This document shows positions 17,567 to 25,985 of a stretch of DNA of 25,985 nucleotides, one piece after another. Both the position numbers and the translations under genes were made by a program. The notes under the pieces are model-generated. The model searched no databases, was not told the DNA's origin, and saw nothing but the letters and a program-made list of their open reading frames with translations. How positions within the stretch are numbered: position 1 is the first letter of the stretch; every line of letters starts with the position of its first letter. Origin of the DNA: a virus (taxonomy: Duplodnaviria; Caudoviricetes); IMG/VR virus record IMGVR_UViG_3300025277_001773, positions 1-25,985 of that record; one strand, 5' to 3'.

Positions 17567-17729
17567 TAGTTCGGATTAGGATTCTATATTTTGGACATAA
17601 AGGACAAATATCGCCCCAGCCTAGACATGACGCCGCATGAAAAAATCATTTCCCTTCTGGTTGGTGATTTTAATCCTGTGTCAAAACTTCATGTTCCTAA
17701 CGCTGGGTATTTTAATAGGAGGTCATCAA
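17562..17729 (+). promoter_or_regulatory. putative promoter (-10 TATAAT) and structured 5' leader
   Basis: TATAAT at 17562-17567 in the longest intergenic gap; nested complementary segments 17606-17712; AGGAGG RBS at 17717-17722. No good -35 seen. Confidence 0.5.
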
Positions 17730-18683
17730 ATGGCCCAAACTTATGCAACAGCCAATGCTAACTCAGACGGCATTGCTACAGCAACATTTACTTTTGGCGA
17801 CACTGAGTTTAACGATGTAAACGACGGTACTATTACGCTTACTGACTACCTTGGTCAGTCTGTTACTTTTACAATCAGCAATGATTATTCGGCATCAGCG
17901 ACGAACCACTTCAATGCTGGTGGAAGTGCTGCTGCCGCCGCAGCGAACTTCATTATTTTGGTAAACGCAACTACTAATGGGTTTGGCGATACCGGCGGTA
18001 TTGTTGCTACGAATCCAAGCGGCGGCGTAATTGTTCTTACCGCTGGTATAGAAGGCAGTGCTAGCAATACGACTATTACCTTTGCTGCTAACTTTGAAAA
18101 CACTCTAGAAGCCGGGTATTCCACCGCTTTTACTGGTGGTGCTCAAGGCAGAGAAAATGGTTCTACTGTTCTTCACGGCGGAAATGTCGATAGCACAAGC
18201 ACAGTAACCAATTCCAAGACCCTAAGAGGAAACTTGGACGCAAGTGCTGTTTATGGAAGTAGAGTTACGGCTATCACTGGCACAAAGCACAAGCCGGGTG
18301 TTCAGACCTCCAAAGGTTCTGGCGCTCTTGCTTATCAGCCCGCCGCGAGCGACCCTCAGTTCCTACTGCGTGGCTACAGCAGCAAGATTAATAATGTTTC
18401 CAGTACTGTTCTTCAGATTGCTGGCTCTGACGCTCGTGGGCGTGGTAGCGAAGGTGTTGTTAAAACACATAAATATGATATTAGCAGCATTGCATACAAC
18501 ACTGGCTTTGCCACAAAAGGTGGAAATGCGGGTGATGTGTCCAACTTCGTTCAATCTGACGGAAGTACGGCGGCAACTGACGACGCTCTAGAATCCAGCA
18601 GGGCTATCCCCGGCGAACTGGTATTCATGCACGGAGCAAGGGTTCCGACTCAGGCAGATTACTCAGCAAAAACTGGCGGTTAA
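17730..18683 (+). CDS. putative virion structural protein, paralog A (extra N-terminal domain)
   Basis: G/A/S/T/N-rich; C-terminal ~180 aa clearly homologous to the next gene. Start moved to ATG 17730 (AGGAGG). Confidence 0.65.
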   Translation: MAQTYATANANSDGIATATFTFGDTEFNDVNDGTITLTDYLGQSVTFTISNDYSASATNHFNAGGSAAAAAANFIILVNATTNGFGDTGGIVATNPSGGVIVLTAGIEGSASNTTITFAANFENTLEAGYSTAFTGGAQGRENGSTVLHGGNVDSTSTVTNSKTLRGNLDASAVYGSRVTAITGTKHKPGVQTSKGSGALAYQPAASDPQFLLRGYSSKINNVSSTVLQIAGSDARGRGSEGVVKTHKYDISSIAYNTGFATKGGNAGDVSNFVQSDGSTAATDDALESSRAIPGELVFMHGARVPTQADYSAKTGG

Positions 18684-18712
18684 TACACAACATTTTAAGG
18701 TAGGTGATAAAA

Positions 18713-19282
18713 ATGTCTACAACAACTATTTCTGGAAGCACTACTAGAAATAACGGTGCAACGGTTCTTAATGGTGGCAACATCGACAGCACTAACGCCG
18801 TTACAAATTCTGATACTCTAATGGATGTTCTTCACAAGGCTGGAGCTTATGCCGGTAGAGTTCTTGCAAGCACGGGAACCAAATGGAAGCCCGGCATCAC
18901 TACAAGCAAGGGTTCTGGAGCGTTGGCTTATCAACCCGGTGCGGGCGACCCGCAGTTCCTAATTCGCACTGTGGCGAGCAAGGTCAACAATGTCAGCAAT
19001 ACCGTTCTTCAGAGCGGCGCATCTGACAAGGCTGGCCGTCGCGCTATCAATCCAATAGTCAAAACCCACGACTACAACATCACCTCTATTAATTACGTGA
19101 CTGGTATTGCAACCAAGCATGGAAGCGCAGGGGCTGTAAAAAACTTTGTCCAAAGCGACGGTTCAACCGCTGCTTCAGACGATGCCGCAAATCCCACACG
19201 GGCCATTCCCGGTGAATTGGTTTACATGTATGGCGCATTGACTCCTAAGCAGGATGATTATAAAGCCAAAACTGGTGGCTAA
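18713..19282 (+). CDS. putative virion structural protein, paralog B
   Basis: Shares TSKGSGALAYQP, DPQFL, NFVQSDGSTAA, RAIPGELV and KTGG-stop with paralog A; AGGTG RBS. Confidence 0.65.
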   Translation: MSTTTISGSTTRNNGATVLNGGNIDSTNAVTNSDTLMDVLHKAGAYAGRVLASTGTKWKPGITTSKGSGALAYQPGAGDPQFLIRTVASKVNNVSNTVLQSGASDKAGRRAINPIVKTHDYNITSINYVTGIATKHGSAGAVKNFVQSDGSTAASDDAANPTRAIPGELVYMYGALTPKQDDYKAKTGG

Positions 19283-19301
19283 AATTTACGTCCAATTTCA
19301 T

Positions 19302-19348
19302 GGAGGGGGTTGGCTGACACACAGAACAGTCGGCCCCCTTCTTTATTT
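19302..19348 (+). terminator. intrinsic terminator
   Basis: GGAGGGGGTTGGCTG / CAGTCGGCCCCCTTC 15-bp stem (with G-U pairs), 10-nt loop, then TTTATTT. Confidence 0.8.
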
Positions 19349-19363
19349 GAAAGGCATCCACCT

Positions 19364-19687
19364 ATGGAATCAGATATCTTTTCAATTCCTGTGTTAGCTG
19401 CAATCGTGGCAATTGTTCTGGGTTTGGGGAAGGTCATTGAAGTTCTAATTTTAAAAGCGATTCCGAAGAAGTCAGTTTTAATGGACGATGAAAGAGACTG
19501 GATGCAGCATACTTACAAGGTAGTATCCCGGCAAGATTCTGATGGTACTCCGCTAGTCTACGTACCTAGAAGCTGGGCAGAAACTCAAAAAGATATGCAG
19601 CAGATAATGATACAAATTGTAAACGACCAAAGAAGAATAGCGGATATTCTAGACAGAATAGATAAGAAACTAGAAAGTGACAAATGA
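19364..19687 (+). CDS. single-pass membrane protein with C-terminal coiled coil
   Basis: IPVLAAIVAIVLGLGKVIEVLIL hydrophobic segment. Start moved to ATG 19364 because the tracked TTG lies inside the terminator. Confidence 0.65.
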   Translation: MESDIFSIPVLAAIVAIVLGLGKVIEVLILKAIPKKSVLMDDERDWMQHTYKVVSRQDSDGTPLVYVPRSWAETQKDMQQIMIQIVNDQRRIADILDRIDKKLESDK

Positions 19688-20283
19688 TATTAATCCCTTA
19701 CGAGCAGGCTAGGCCACAGATTAAAGAAGCTGACGTGCTACTGTTTCGTGGTGAGGGACTAATGTCTTGGATGATTAAAAGATATGGCGGTGGAGCACAT
19801 AGTCACGCGGCTATGGCCCACTGGGACGATGATGATTTGCAGTGTATTGAATTTAGAGAATTCAAAGGTGGACGGGCCGTCGCCATGAAGAGTCAGGTCG
19901 AAACCCATCCAAACAACATTGACGTATTTCGTGCGGCTGACTTGATTAGAATTGGCGGAAGGAAATATAATCTTGATTATGGTGAAAACAGTGTTGCCGA
20001 ACGAATCGCAGACACGATGAAAGACATCACCGGTCTTGATTATGGTTGGAAGAATTTTTGGAAACTTGCTAAGCATTACGCGCCATTTTTTAGGCTAGCC
20101 GAACAAAACATGAAAGACGAAGAACCAAACGAAGTTTTTGTTTGCAGTACGGCTGTTACCTACGCCTATAGAAAGAACTATATTGACCCGACTCCATACT
20201 TGGCAGATTCCGCGACCACCCCCGCTGACCTAGCTAGGTCGGCGCTATTTTCATACCAGTTTACTATACAAAAAGACTGGTAA
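19684..20283 (+). CDS. permuted papain-like NlpC/P60 amidase (YiiX/YebB-like)
   Basis: ADVLLFRG...SHAAM (His before Cys), Y, FVCSTAV (catalytic Cys), TPADL. Confidence 0.85.
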   Translation: MILIPYEQARPQIKEADVLLFRGEGLMSWMIKRYGGGAHSHAAMAHWDDDDLQCIEFREFKGGRAVAMKSQVETHPNNIDVFRAADLIRIGGRKYNLDYGENSVAERIADTMKDITGLDYGWKNFWKLAKHYAPFFRLAEQNMKDEEPNEVFVCSTAVTYAYRKNYIDPTPYLADSATTPADLARSALFSYQFTIQKDW

Positions 20284-20351
20284 TTTATAATAATCAGGAT
20301 TTGTAACAAGGACTTTCTGACGGTTAATGCCCCATGGAAAGGTCCAATATA

Positions 20352-22352
20352 ATGAAAAAATTACTATTTGCTATCGCCCTTGCTCTGGGGTGCATGATAA
20401 ACACGGCAGATGCTCAGCCATTAACAATGGATGAAGCTCTAGACGCTGTGTGTAGAGTAAATACAAACGGTGCTCGCGGAAGTGGAACCGTATTCCAAGA
20501 AGATGAAGATAAATACTACGTACTGACCAACGGTCATGTAATTGAAAGAGCTAAGAGAGGCCATTTAGAGTTTTTTCAAGATGGCTACAAGTCTGCTATG
20601 ATTCCTTTTAAAACTGAATACGTAGCTTACGAAGAAGGCACTGCTCTTGACCTAGCTATAGTCTCAGTAAAAAAGAAATATTTTGGCCGATATCCCCCCA
20701 GAGTAATCCCCCTAGCCCCCAAGGGCACGAAAATTGGGGCGAATGACCTTGTTATGGCTGGCGGGTGTCCTTCTGCCCAATGGGCCTGTATTTGGAAGGG
20801 CAGAGTTCTTAGTAACACAGGAGCCGTTGTTAGCTTTAATGCGGCTCCTATCGGTGGACAATCTGGTAGCGGTGTTCTCATTCTTGTTAAAGATGACAAG
20901 AACGAACTTCAAACCCGCCTTGGAATCCTTCTTGCTTGGAGGGTAGGTGATGGGGCTTGGACAGATGACGGAGAAGACGACTATGGCGCTGGTCTATCCC
21001 TAAAGCAGATATATGATATAATGGAGGGCAATGGCAGAGGCTATCCCATTGAGACCTCTTATGGCTTAGTGCATGAAAAGGAAAAAGCAAAAAATACTAA
21101 GTCCGCAGAAGAAAGATTGGGTAAAGTCTGCCCGCACTGTGGTCATAAAATTAAAGACCATGTGGTTATTCCCTATAAGGGAGGTCTCAGGAAGACCGTC
21201 AAGGGCGAGTTTATGTTTTGCCCTGAACTGAAGATGAGCGATGGTAGCGTTGCAGATACGGCAAAATATTATGGAGGCATAAGAGTTGGTGAGTTATACG
21301 AAGGAAACGGCCTGTTTCCTTGGTGTCCTTGGGATAGATGCCCCCCTCCCAATCAACCACCTGTGTTACCTCCCTCCAACCCAAACCCACCAGACGGTGG
21401 CGGCGGTTTTAATGGCTGGCCCGGCAGACCAGACCCCGGTGGTCCTGTAGACCCTCCTGTGGACTTTGAGAAGGAGCGACAGGAGTACCTCGACAAGATT
21501 ACCGAGCTTCAAGAAAAGCTGACTAATTTAGAGGGTCTTTCCGAAAGTCTCAAGGCAGAATTGTCTGGAGTTAGTGGGAATCTGTCAGGTGCTAATAACG
21601 AAATCAATGGACTGAAAGATTTGCTTGGTGCTGTTGAGGGTCAGAAACTAACCCTTAAGTCTAGAATCGATGAGCTTTTAGGCTTTGTTAGCGGCAAAGA
21701 CAAGTTGATAGATGAATTGAAAGAAGGGGGCTTGCATTATCTAGATGGAGCTACTGGTGGTAATGGCAATACTGTTGAAAATGTAAGCTTTACCCTTGGC
21801 GGCATGAGCTTGGGAATGCTGGCGTTAAAATACGGAGTTCCGTTGTTACTTAACAGAAGGCGAAGAAAAAAGAAAAAGGGTGAAGATAATGAAGATTTAG
21901 ATAGAGAAGAAGGGTATGATAATAGGGGGCCTTCACATCCTCCAAGCTTGGACAGTGGTACAAAAGAGCACGTTCATCGACATGAGCATATTCATAAGCA
22001 TAAGCACGAAAATGAATATATAATGTCTCCTAATGAATGCCCTCAACCACAAACAAGCAATGAAATTGACGGTTCGCAGACAGGACAAGCTGGACCCAAT
22101 TCTGGATTCGCTGGATATGGGATGCCTGTAAACGTGGCAACTCCGTATTATCAACACCCACAACCGGTTCATGGACTACCCCCAGAGTTTATTAACATAC
22201 CGTTTAGCACTAGAAAAGCGCTAACATCAGAGCAGATTATGACGGTTATTGGCGAACTGACTAATGAGTATAGAGATGACCAAACCATGACAATGGGGCA
22301 GCTTGATATACTTATCCGTCAGCGACTAAAAGAAAAATTTAACGTAGAATAA
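20352..22352 (+). CDS. exported, membrane-anchored trypsin-like (S1) serine protease, multidomain
   Basis: Signal peptide MKKLLFAIALALG..ADA; LTNGHV / DLAIV / GGQSGSG triad; CPHC, Pro-rich linker, coiled coil, hydrophobic segment + RRRRKKKK, HxH repeat. Start moved to ATG 20352. Confidence 0.85.
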   Translation: MKKLLFAIALALGCMINTADAQPLTMDEALDAVCRVNTNGARGSGTVFQEDEDKYYVLTNGHVIERAKRGHLEFFQDGYKSAMIPFKTEYVAYEEGTALDLAIVSVKKKYFGRYPPRVIPLAPKGTKIGANDLVMAGGCPSAQWACIWKGRVLSNTGAVVSFNAAPIGGQSGSGVLILVKDDKNELQTRLGILLAWRVGDGAWTDDGEDDYGAGLSLKQIYDIMEGNGRGYPIETSYGLVHEKEKAKNTKSAEERLGKVCPHCGHKIKDHVVIPYKGGLRKTVKGEFMFCPELKMSDGSVADTAKYYGGIRVGELYEGNGLFPWCPWDRCPPPNQPPVLPPSNPNPPDGGGGFNGWPGRPDPGGPVDPPVDFEKERQEYLDKITELQEKLTNLEGLSESLKAELSGVSGNLSGANNEINGLKDLLGAVEGQKLTLKSRIDELLGFVSGKDKLIDELKEGGLHYLDGATGGNGNTVENVSFTLGGMSLGMLALKYGVPLLLNRRRRKKKKGEDNEDLDREEGYDNRGPSHPPSLDSGTKEHVHRHEHIHKHKHENEYIMSPNECPQPQTSNEIDGSQTGQAGPNSGFAGYGMPVNVATPYYQHPQPVHGLPPEFINIPFSTRKALTSEQIMTVIGELTNEYRDDQTMTMGQLDILIRQRLKEKFNVE

Positions 22353-22364
22353 GGAGTTCCTTAA

Positions 22365-23162
22365 ATGTCAGATAATTTAATCATCCCTACCCACGATGCA
22401 ATTCTCCCTTACATGTTCAAGGGTGTAAAGTGGGCTATCCCCAACGTAGGGGACAACAAAGAAACCATGAACCTCGCCTTAGCTCGCCTGTTTGAAAAGG
22501 TTGGCGAACACCTACAGGCATTTTCGGTTCGTACCGACTGTTTCGTTCCCGGCCCTCCGACGCTTGGCGCGGTGAAGCATCATCACAACATGTTTGTCCG
22601 TTTGTGCAATCTGATTGACACAAACACCAAGAGAGACAACATGGAAAGACTTGAAGCTCATCACATCAGTCACGAGAGACGGGCCTTTAAGCTTTATCCA
22701 ATTCGTTACTTCGATGTGAAGAACGACTACTGCCGTAGATGGATTGAGCTATGTCTTCAGGGTCTCAGCAATATTGCCCAGCTAAGTGAAAACACTTGGG
22801 GCAACGATTGGTCAGAACCTACGGCTCAGGAAATGAAGAAGCTCTTCCGCGAAGGCTACAGGCTTATGTGCGTAGAGCTATTCAGAGTTCCTGTCGCAAC
22901 AGCCGAGAAGGTCTTTACCGAGGGAGAAGACGGCTTCTTCTTGACCGCCGAAGACTTCAGTGTTTATGACGTTAGTCATATTCCCACCATTGAATGGATT
23001 AAGCATCCAGCCCTTGGTAGTGAATTTACTGAAGACGAACTTCGTCCGATTGCAACCAATAATGTTCCGGTTGCTCCCGGCGTAGAAGACAACGACCCCA
23101 ATTCACCTAACCGCGTACTCGAAAGAGAGTTGCAGGGTAATGGTGGAGAGGTTATTGAGTAG
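22365..23162 (+). CDS. hypothetical protein, probably highly expressed
   Basis: TAAGGAG RBS; followed by a strong terminator; no family recognised. Confidence 0.8.
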   Translation: MSDNLIIPTHDAILPYMFKGVKWAIPNVGDNKETMNLALARLFEKVGEHLQAFSVRTDCFVPGPPTLGAVKHHHNMFVRLCNLIDTNTKRDNMERLEAHHISHERRAFKLYPIRYFDVKNDYCRRWIELCLQGLSNIAQLSENTWGNDWSEPTAQEMKKLFREGYRLMCVELFRVPVATAEKVFTEGEDGFFLTAEDFSVYDVSHIPTIEWIKHPALGSEFTEDELRPIATNNVPVAPGVEDNDPNSPNRVLERELQGNGGEVIE

Positions 23163-23175
23163 ACAACTTTTTTTG

Positions 23176-23203
23176 GATGGCCCCGCTTTGGGGCCATCTT
23201 TTT
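23176..23203 (+). terminator. intrinsic terminator
   Basis: GATGGCCCC-gcttt-GGGGCCATC perfect 9-bp stem followed by TTTTT. Confidence 0.9.
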
Positions 23204-23226
23204 ATACCTACAGGAAGGATTCTCTT

Positions 23227-24204
23227 ATGAAATTTCTAATCGCTTTAATGGCCGCTGCCGTTTTGTCCCTGCCCGCACATATTTCAGCAGAAAATAAGTC
23301 TGTGAAAGAGGTCTCTCGGCTTTTACAAGAGGTCTCTGTGACAGTTAAGAGCGGGGGCGGTGAGGGTTCTGGAGTAATTATTACACGAACTATTCCCCTT
23401 ACCACGAACCCCACAGGCAAACCGCTAACAGCGAAGGTAAATTTTATCTGGACGGCAGCACATGTAATCGACAATTTAAGGTCTGTTAGAACAGTAATCA
23501 AGAATGGTAGAACAACCAAGATTGTTGAATTTAAGGATGCTCAAATCGTTCAGGAGCTAGTCGAAGATGGCCGTCGCGTTGGCGAGGTCAAGATGGAAGC
23601 CAAGGTTATTAAATATAGCGACTCTGAAAACGGAGAAGACCTAGCTCTTCTGATGGTTAGGAAGAAGGGCTTTATTGACCAATCTGTAACTTTCTATAAT
23701 GATACGGGTAAGCCGGTATCTATTGGTACTGAGTTATATCACGTTGGAAGTTTACTCGGACAAACTGGCTCGAATAGCCTGACGAGGGGTATAATATCTC
23801 AGATAGGAAGAGTTCTTGACTTGGGTACTGGTGATGGTGTAGTCTTTGACCAAACGACTGTCACAGCATTTCCGGGTTCCAGTGGAGGCGGTGTTTTTCT
23901 GTCGGAGAGGTCGGGAAAGAATGCAGGACAGTATGTTGGAATGCTGGTCAGAGGCGCTGGAGAGACTTTCAATCTTATAGTACCCGTCAGACGCATCAGG
24001 GAATATGCAAAGAAGGAGGGAATTCTATGGGCGGTTGACGAAATGGCGCCTACCCCTACGTTAAAGGAGGTTCTGTCTTTACCGATAGAAGGAGGGGGGG
24101 CCAAGCCAAGTGAAGGAACCAAGCTCACAAAGGATTCTGTGAAGTTTCCAACACTGATAGAATATAATTCTCAAAGAGGTAACAACGATGCTAAACATAA
24201 GTAA
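23227..24204 (+). CDS. secreted trypsin-like (S1) serine protease
   Basis: Signal peptide MKFLIALMAAAVLSLPA; GSGV, TAAHV, DLALL, PGSSGGG. Start moved to ATG 23227 because the tracked start crosses the terminator. Confidence 0.88.
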   Translation: MKFLIALMAAAVLSLPAHISAENKSVKEVSRLLQEVSVTVKSGGGEGSGVIITRTIPLTTNPTGKPLTAKVNFIWTAAHVIDNLRSVRTVIKNGRTTKIVEFKDAQIVQELVEDGRRVGEVKMEAKVIKYSDSENGEDLALLMVRKKGFIDQSVTFYNDTGKPVSIGTELYHVGSLLGQTGSNSLTRGIISQIGRVLDLGTGDGVVFDQTTVTAFPGSSGGGVFLSERSGKNAGQYVGMLVRGAGETFNLIVPVRRIREYAKKEGILWAVDEMAPTPTLKEVLSLPIEGGGAKPSEGTKLTKDSVKFPTLIEYNSQRGNNDAKHK

Positions 24205-24367
24205 ACTATCTGGTCTATTCTCATCACGCAGATTCTGGGTCGCTATTGGTGGCGTTGTGTTTGTGGTATTCGACGCCCTTGGCACTGGTATTTCACCCGA
24301 ACAAGTTAATCACGTAGTCCTATTGGGCGGTGCTTGGATTGTCGGGGACAGCCTAAGAGCATCATAG
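24188..24367 (+). CDS. 59-aa two-TM membrane protein, holin-like (not in ORF track)
   Basis: Manual translation MLNISKLSGLFSSRRFWVAIGGVVFVVFDALGTGISPEQVNHVVLLGGAWIVGDSLRAS*; GAGGT RBS; fills the gap between neighbours. Confidence 0.72.
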   Translation: MLNISKLSGLFSSRRFWVAIGGVVFVVFDALGTGISPEQVNHVVLLGGAWIVGDSLRAS

Positions 24368-24375
24368 GTTAAGGA

Positions 24376-25287
24376 ATGAAGATTATCTGTACCACCGTGG
24401 TTAGGGCTGCTGAACATGGTTCTAGCCACGGTGGGCTTTATGTTGTCGACGTAGAAGAAGAGAGCGTAATTCATCACGCCCCCTACGACGAGCATTTCGT
24501 CAATGACAACGAGCGAGGTGGCGAGCGTGGCCTTAGAGGAATATGCGTCCTCGACGATAGAATCATCGTTGCCAGCGCCACTAGCCTCATCGAGCTAGAC
24601 AAAGAAACTTTCGAAGTAGTCAGAAAGCTTGAAGACCGCGAGGCTTTTCGTTCAATTCACGAAATATGCTTTTTCGCAGGTTCTATTTGGGTCACCTCCA
24701 CGGCAATAGACTGTGTAGTGCAAGTAGACCTAGACTTTAATATCATTAATATCTATCAAATATTAGGTGAAAGCCAAAGTGATTACAAAATTCTTACGGG
24801 CAAACATCTGACAGATGTGTCTAAAGTTCAGGAAAACGACAGTTTCCATATCAATTCAATTTCCTCCTTTTCCGATAGGCTGGTAATTGGTGGATTAATC
24901 ACACATCTATATGACTTTGACACCATGAATGTCATCGAGTCAATGCCTATAATTCAAAATGCCAAAAGCTTCCAGCATAATTTCTATGAATACGATGATT
25001 TTAATCTCGTTAACTTAACGGGTTGGAACAAATTGGGAGTTATCAGAAACTCCATTTGCAAGACTGTTGACATTCCCCGTTCTAAATCAGTTAAATATTA
25101 TGCTGACAATATAGCTGAAAATAATTGGAACAGGGGATTGGCTAGATTAGAAAACTATATCTTCCTAGGCTCTTCACCGGCTAGAATTCTTATGTTTGAT
25201 ATGATAACAAAAAAGTTTGAAAAAGAGATTGGCCTAGAAGAAGATATGCGTCACTGTATTCACGGACTAGAAATACTGGAGCCATAA
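24376..25287 (+). CDS. hypothetical protein, probable beta-propeller
   Basis: Repeating short beta-strand units (GLRGI, SIHEI, FHINSI, WNRGLA, CIHGL); AAGGA RBS. Confidence 0.65.
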   Translation: MKIICTTVVRAAEHGSSHGGLYVVDVEEESVIHHAPYDEHFVNDNERGGERGLRGICVLDDRIIVASATSLIELDKETFEVVRKLEDREAFRSIHEICFFAGSIWVTSTAIDCVVQVDLDFNIINIYQILGESQSDYKILTGKHLTDVSKVQENDSFHINSISSFSDRLVIGGLITHLYDFDTMNVIESMPIIQNAKSFQHNFYEYDDFNLVNLTGWNKLGVIRNSICKTVDIPRSKSVKYYADNIAENNWNRGLARLENYIFLGSSPARILMFDMITKKFEKEIGLEEDMRHCIHGLEILEP

Positions 25288-25793
25288 TGGACAGGGTTAT
25301 ACGGGGAGAAGATTTAAAGGACTGGCAAGAGCCTTTTGAAAGAATATTGCACCATATGTACAAAGGGAAAACTGGTGGTCCCATTAACATACCGGACGAA
25401 CACAAGAACAAGCTTATAGAAGACGCCTATTTTCTTAAAACCCTATATGACCGCTCTGGAGTGGTGGTGTCAGACTTCAACAGCATAATTGAAATTGACA
25501 AATCGAAAGACCCGGCTAGCCATATGGAATTTACCTGCAAGCTGTTGGGATTTAGGGGTAGATATGTCTACAAGAAGTTTGATGACGGAATTATTCAGGA
25601 GCTAAAAAGAAAAAATATTGACAGCGCGGATGGCGCAGAGGAAACATATGACCTTTGTATAACCAGAGTTCCTACGAAGATATCGGAAGTTAACATGGAA
25701 GACGGAGGCTGGTATTTAGTTATGTCTAAATTGACAAAAAAGTATTCGTTTAGTGTTCGTGCTTATAGATATTTAACGGCTGTGGCTTTTTAA
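25287..25793 (+). CDS. hypothetical protein
   Basis: TAATG coupling; no motif. Confidence 0.7.
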   Translation: MDRVIRGEDLKDWQEPFERILHHMYKGKTGGPINIPDEHKNKLIEDAYFLKTLYDRSGVVVSDFNSIIEIDKSKDPASHMEFTCKLLGFRGRYVYKKFDDGIIQELKRKNIDSADGAEETYDLCITRVPTKISEVNMEDGGWYLVMSKLTKKYSFSVRAYRYLTAVAF

Positions 25794-25898
25794 ATGGGAA
25801 AAACTATCAGAAAAAAAAGTAAGCGAGACAAGAAGCGTCTAAAGAACGAGAGACGGAATAGGGATAAGAAACGAAACTATGAAACCTCGACAAAATAG
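25794..25898 (+). CDS. 34-aa highly basic peptide (not in ORF track)
   Basis: MGKTIRKKSKRDKKRLKNERRNRDKKRNYETSTK*; ATG immediately after the previous TAA. Confidence 0.55.
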   Translation: MGKTIRKKSKRDKKRLKNERRNRDKKRNYETSTK

Positions 25899-25985
25899 GC
25901 CCTCTTGGCACGATTATTTTATTGGACTTGCTCACTACGTTTCTACAAGAAGCCACGACTCACAAACTCAAGTTGGTTGTGTTAT
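25879..25985 (+). CDS. dCMP deaminase, N-terminus (3'-truncated by window edge; not in ORF track)
   Basis: MKPRQNRPSWHDYFIGLAHYVSTRSHDSQTQVGCV matches the RPSWxxYF...RSxD..TQVGxV start of dCMP deaminases. Confidence 0.82.
   Translation, partial: MKPRQNRPSWHDYFIGLAHYVSTRSHDSQTQVGCV

Noticed and set aside
17637-17729. Hydrophobic signal-like N-terminal extension of paralog A
   Set aside because: ATG 17730 has an AGGAGG RBS and better matches paralog B's start; the extension lies in the hairpin leader.
20352-24367. Host assignment to Planctomycetota
   Set aside because: The protease architecture and small membrane protein give that impression, but nothing in the window establishes it without a search.
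1002-25411. All other minus-strand and nested alternative-frame ORFs in the track
   Set aside because: They overlap motif-supported or contiguous + strand genes and have no recognisable motifs.
1-25985. Stop-codon reassignment (seen in some large phages)
   Set aside because: TAG, TGA and TAA all end genes at expected family C-termini, and coding density is high under code 11.
1-25985. CRISPR array, IS element, intron/intein or DGR
   Set aside because: No spaced direct repeats, transposase, reverse transcriptase or split genes seen. The paralog pair is diverged throughout, not in an adenine-specific way as far as I can see.

Overview
A gene-dense window in which every supported gene is on the + strand, with frequent 1-8 nt start/stop overlaps. 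The content looks like a large (jumbo-type) bacteriophage rather than a cellular chromosome: an HNH endonuclease, a lone tRNA-Arg(UCU) without encoded CCA, two Zn-deaminases, many short ORFans and duplicated Gly/Ala/Ser/Thr-rich virion-like proteins. This is an inference, because no terminase, portal or capsid gene is recognisable here. Four blocks: (1) 1-2551, accessory genes (IscA, cytidylyltransferase, HNH, deaminase, tRNA). (2) 2572-6973, a translationally coupled five-gene cassette: HAD phosphatase, stand-alone HPPD-like VOC domain, aldehyde dehydrogenase, ArgZ/DDAH-like guanidino hydrolase and Lat-type omega-aminotransferase. It looks like a complete basic-amino-acid (Arg/Orn/Lys) pathway and is the most striking element. 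(3) 6970-14860, a glycan synthesis/decoration cluster: short Ugd, three glycosyltransferases, a radical SAM enzyme and two methyltransferases. (4) 14871-25985, a metallothionein-like peptide, a DeoC-like probable pseudoenzyme, tandem paralogous structural proteins behind a structured leader, and an envelope-targeting block (permuted NlpC/P60, two secreted trypsin-like proteases, a holin-like ORF missed by the ORF track). All calls come from motif recognition by eye; no searches were run.
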